Assembly (NCBI GenBank): GCA_002633005.1
Contig: NMRA01000173.1
Span: 495,172 to 534,044, forward strand
DNA: 38,873 nt
Source: Phoronis australis
Taxonomy: Eukaryota; Animalia; Phoronida
Direction: 5' to 3'
The translations under genes and the position numbers were made by a program. This document shows, one piece after another, positions 34,561 through 38,873 of this stretch; the stretch's first letter is position 1, and each line of letters begins with the position of its first letter. The notes below the pieces were generated by a model. That model searched no databases and was not told the DNA's origin. It saw nothing but the letters and a program-made list of their open reading frames with translations.

Positions 34561-35711
34561 GCAACTGAAAATGAAAGGATCTACTCTTTGAAAAATAACT
34601 AAATGGTTAGCAATTGATAGGTTTTCTGTCACCGGGTTGAACTTGTTGTTAAGTTATGACAAAGCAGTTTTGGAGGAAAAAAACGAACTGAACGAGAAAA
34701 CGACAGATGGCTTCTTTATCACTTGCCCTAGAAAATTATCATAGTAGCTTGTCTTAATGAATTTAAAATTTCAGTGAATTAATAATAGCTCTAGAAAAGC
34801 ATTTTTCGACTTTTTCAAAATACATGTAACTATATGAATGTTGAAGTGCTCGTTTTAAAGTACGTTTAGACAATCTATGCTACAAAAATGGAGCCCTATT
34901 ATAAACAGTGTCCTCGCCAGGGCTCTCAAAGTCCAGATCAAACACTGCGGGTATTTGACACATATTGCCTTCAATTTCATCCTTTCTCCATGTTTCGCTA
35001 TCTCAGTTTCTTTCCGTCGATACTACGAAGCCTAGTAGAACTGGTCAACAAACAGTTGCTGGCTCATTCTGTGATTTTAATCACAATACCACTGTGTACC
35101 CACTTAGATGGGTTCCCTTAATGACATTAATTTATATTTATATTTCTCTAAACAAAATATGATAGTCTTGCTAAAAGCCTTGATGTCTCGACTGATGTAG
35201 TTTGGTGATTTGTCATTGTACACTGGTTCACTTTTACTGGTTGTTCGAATCATACGAGTCATTCTATCGTATTATAGGATGATTAGATGGACCATTATTG
35301 TGTTTTTAATTTGTTCTTAATAATTAGCCAGTTGTAATTAGCCAGTTGTTCTTACATGTAGTATCCTAGATATTCTCAATTAGTTTTGAGCTAGTTTCCA
35401 ATACATTTTACTGCTTGTCATAGAATTGTACATTGTGTCACAAAAGTATGATTTGTTCTTTCACAACCATCTTTTCTGGCTAACTGATTGGTCAATGGTA
35501 CGCCAGATAGCGCCCTTAGACTGGTCCTCTCTTGATTACCAAACCACAGAACATTTTGTCTCGCGAGGCGGTGAGGCCAATGGGGCTCACTGGCTGAGTT
35601 TCTCTTAGGGCCTAGTGCGCAAACGGATAGCCGCTTTCCAAAAAAGTGGACTCACAGTGGCAATGTGATTTAAATCACAGAACCAGCAACCGTCCATTTG
35701 TTGAACAATTC

Positions 35712-36178
35712 TACTAGGCATGCGCGCACCCAGCCTAAAAATGGGGGGCACGAATTTTTGAGAATGTGGACCTTTTACTAAGATTCACGGGGTACGTTCA
35801 GAGCTATGAATTGTGTATTCGTCGAATTTCTCCCCTTTTAGTGAACTTTTGTTTTGTTTTCTACTTTTTTCAGAGTTTTTGTTTCTCTGAGGCGGACCTT
35901 CATGCCAAATTCGCCAGAGGGGGGACGTTCGAGCCTCCCGAGTCCTCCTCCCCCCGGCCGGGTGCGCGCATGCTAAGCTTCGTAGTAATGGGCTCTTTTG
36001 ACTGGTTTTTATGCACCCACATATAGTTATGGGGGCATAAAAATCGGATATAAGCACGTGCCGTCCCATCCATCATAGGAATATGCCACTAACATGAAGA
36101 AATTTGAACGCCGGACGAACGGACGCCAAATCATGGAGACGACAATAATATGCGCTCACATATATGTGGACGCATAAA
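35712..36178 (+). mobile_element. Possible Helentron-associated (HINE/DINE-like) non-autonomous repeat
   Basis: Starts ACTAG, has a short GGACG/GAACG tract, and ends in an imperfect palindrome ATGCGCTCACATATATGTGGACGCAT followed by AAA. A similar end occurs near 6665-6692. Confidence 0.35.
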
Positions 36179-38475
36179 GTGATAAAACATACTGTCACAA
36201 AACGCCAAGCCATGTTACAAATATTTATTTCGAAATTTCCGCTCCTCCGGCATATTTAATTTACCAACACAGGTGTAGCAGGCTAATGTCACAGGAATGT
36301 CATGAATTGTGTTTGTTTCAATCCAATTGTCCTGTGTAATGTAAATATTTTGTCAAACGCTCGGATTAAAGCCATGTCAAATACATGTCTTATCTCACGA
36401 ACGACCGTGACCGGGGCCGTTTCGTAGATCACGCAAGTCTTCATGAGATACCGCCTTGTATTACAGGGGCAGCGTGTGATCCTACAGACATGTGTCTATG
36501 GAGTGTCGTGCGTCTACGGAACGCGTTCCTGCATGTCAGTATACCCCAGCAGAACACCGAAGTTTTTTGTGGTTATTCCTGGAGGTGACTGGGCCTTCTA
36601 CCTCACTAAATCATCCCGTACATTTAACCAAGAACACCCTGAACAAGACGGTCAAGACATAAAGAGCTGTCATTTCGAATGAGTTATTCTAAAAAAATGA
36701 GTCAGTTCGAAAAAAACGAATAAATTAACATTAGACCTGTTGATATAGACAAAATGTAGCAGCCAAGACTCCAAAATAATTTATTTAGGTAGTAAGGCAT
36801 CATTAGTCAGATATTATCTAAAGCTTATAAAACTTCAGCATCGTCATCACAGTTTTACCCGAAACGTCACAGTTAATTCGCCTGCGTGAAATGCATGCTC
36901 TTTTGTCTTTTGAAAGCATTGCCTCTCTATTAGAGACGATGAGCTACGCAATGAGTTTGTCCGTGCCAATACCATACTTCAGGTATTTTTGTCAAGTGGT
37001 GATTAAATCTTTTTGCACTGAGTGCGTATAAATAAAACATCTTGAGCGTATAGGTAAATTTAGACATAAAAGAAAACGAAGGTCAGACTGGCAGCGATGG
37101 TTTACCCACAGTAATATATTTTTAGAACAAAACATTAAACTGTCTGAGTAGATAAGTGTTTTACGTTTATTGCATAGGATAGTGCAGCCAGAGGAGCCTG
37201 GAAACTATGGAACGCGGTCGCACTCTTTTAAGCAGGCCTACGCGATCATTTGACTCGTTTTTATGCATTTTTATAGCAATAAAAGTATTATAAGACAAAG
37301 CAACAATAGAAAAGAGAATTGGTCCAGAAAACTGCGCGAGTGAGACTTTTTGGAAAGTTTACAACTTATCCGGTGGATTGTGTACCATCTGACACAGCGC
37401 CACCTACACTGAAAAGTGGCCCTGTGGAAACATGATGAACGACACACGGAATTCCGGGAGTGGGCATCAATGCGCATGCTTGGTCGGAAGTTTATCGATC
37501 ACATCGCCACCACTTGCACACGCCTTCTATGCACTGCACTTGTTTGGGCTTAGCCATGGGATCGGGTTTCCCTTGATTTTGTTTACTTCGATTACTGCCT
37601 GTTTTAATAAATCGCAACAATTCAAATCAAAGGTGGTCGCCATACTACGTAACAGTAAACTGAAAGGTTTCTCAGATTTCAACCAATGGGAATGACAATG
37701 TTATGACGTCAATCTCATTACTTTAACCAATAAGAAGCCATGATAAACAACATTCCACAGTGCTACCTTTCGTAGCACTGTGAAAGAGTGTAGTGGATTG
37801 TGCACCACAACAAAACTATACAAGTAAATAAAAATGTGGATCATGTTGTATCATAAATGTTTGGCACAGTAGAATAGAAATTGTATAAAAACAATAACGT
37901 TTACGCACTTTAAATTCGTTATCTATGCTGCTGACTTTGCAAGATGGCCGACACGACGGAAATAAATCAAAATTTGACACATAATTAGCTTTTGAATGAA
38001 CCATGCGCTTTTGATGATTTTTTTTTTCATTTTTGTATTTCAGACATTGATGCCTTTCCTGTGATGTAGGCTTTTGTGTTCTAAGTGAAAAAATAATTTT
38101 GGGTTCATGTCAACTTAAAAATTGTCTGGAAGGTCGTCACTTGTACCTGTGTTATCTCTGACCCATGTTCAGTTGTGAAGGCTCAAAAGATGAAATGGTA
38201 ATATGGACATGTCAGAAGGCATTACGGTCCCAAAAATGTTGATTCCAATATGGTATCCTTTCTTGAAACCATTTTAAAAGAAGCGAAGTTACAAAAGCAT
38301 TCGTTTAAAAGTGTAGAATGCGAAACATTGGATCATTTTTAAGACCAAAACATGAAAAAATCCCATTTCAGAATTTTTTTAATTTCTTCGCATATAAAAG
38401 ATTTATCCAATAATATAAATTTTAGTGTCCACAGCGCCACCAACTGGCTTGTAGAAGCACTTGAGTAACACCCAC

Positions 38476-38640
38476 CAGGGGCGGATCTACGTTTTCAGCA
38501 AGGGGGGGTTTAGGATTCCTGCCAAGGTCGAATCCTAGGCGCGTGGCTCCGAGCGGGGGGAGGTCGGGAGGGGGGTTCCCCTCCCGTGTAAGAAATTTTT
38601 TTGTTTTTGTAGCCAAATAGTGAAATTTCCATGCATCCCG
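38476..38640. mobile_element. G/C-run MITE fragment (one end only)
   Basis: Begins CAGGGGCGGATCTA followed by G runs, like the other CAG(T/G)GGCGGAT ends in the window. Confidence 0.5.
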
Positions 38641-38873
38641 GTAAGTTTCTGGCACTTAACATGTCTCTGGAGTTTTTCTTAAGATAATTAAAAACCCTTC
38701 TCGATTTCGTCACATGAACTTGGCACATAAGTTTCGTGAAACCATATTGTGCACATCTGGGTATGAGTCACGTCACCAGCAAAAATTTTTGTTGGAACAT
38801 CTGCTTACACACACCTTTTTTAGCATACGAAAAGTCGTATACGAAAAAGTGTGGTGTGTATACAGGGGTTTAG

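Overview
AT-rich animal genomic DNA, probably from a marine invertebrate, with spliceosomal introns and one assembly gap (26981-27728). It is not prokaryotic and has no CRISPR array. Two intron-containing genes lie on the minus strand. (1) SS18/SS18L1-family BAF subunit gene: 9 coding exons (34125 to 21431, about 591 aa if no exon is hidden in the gap), a well-conserved SNH domain and a large Gln/Met-rich low-complexity region. (2) A single-pass LDL-receptor class A protein with a cytoplasmic PPxY motif (exons 10287 to 3557; 5' end unresolved). Introns and intergenic DNA hold many minisatellites and transposon relics. These include a decayed Penelope-like element (RT + GIY-YIG), several MITE-like elements with 5-bp target duplications, and a probable Gypsy integrase remnant. 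The best non-obvious signals are two minimal hammerhead-ribozyme motifs with the U3-A8 core variant, one of them at the apex of a 166-bp-arm foldback flanked by a 12-bp direct repeat, and a HIRAN-like pseudogene inside a three-level nest of DNA transposons in SS18 intron 1. All calls were made by eye; no searches were run.
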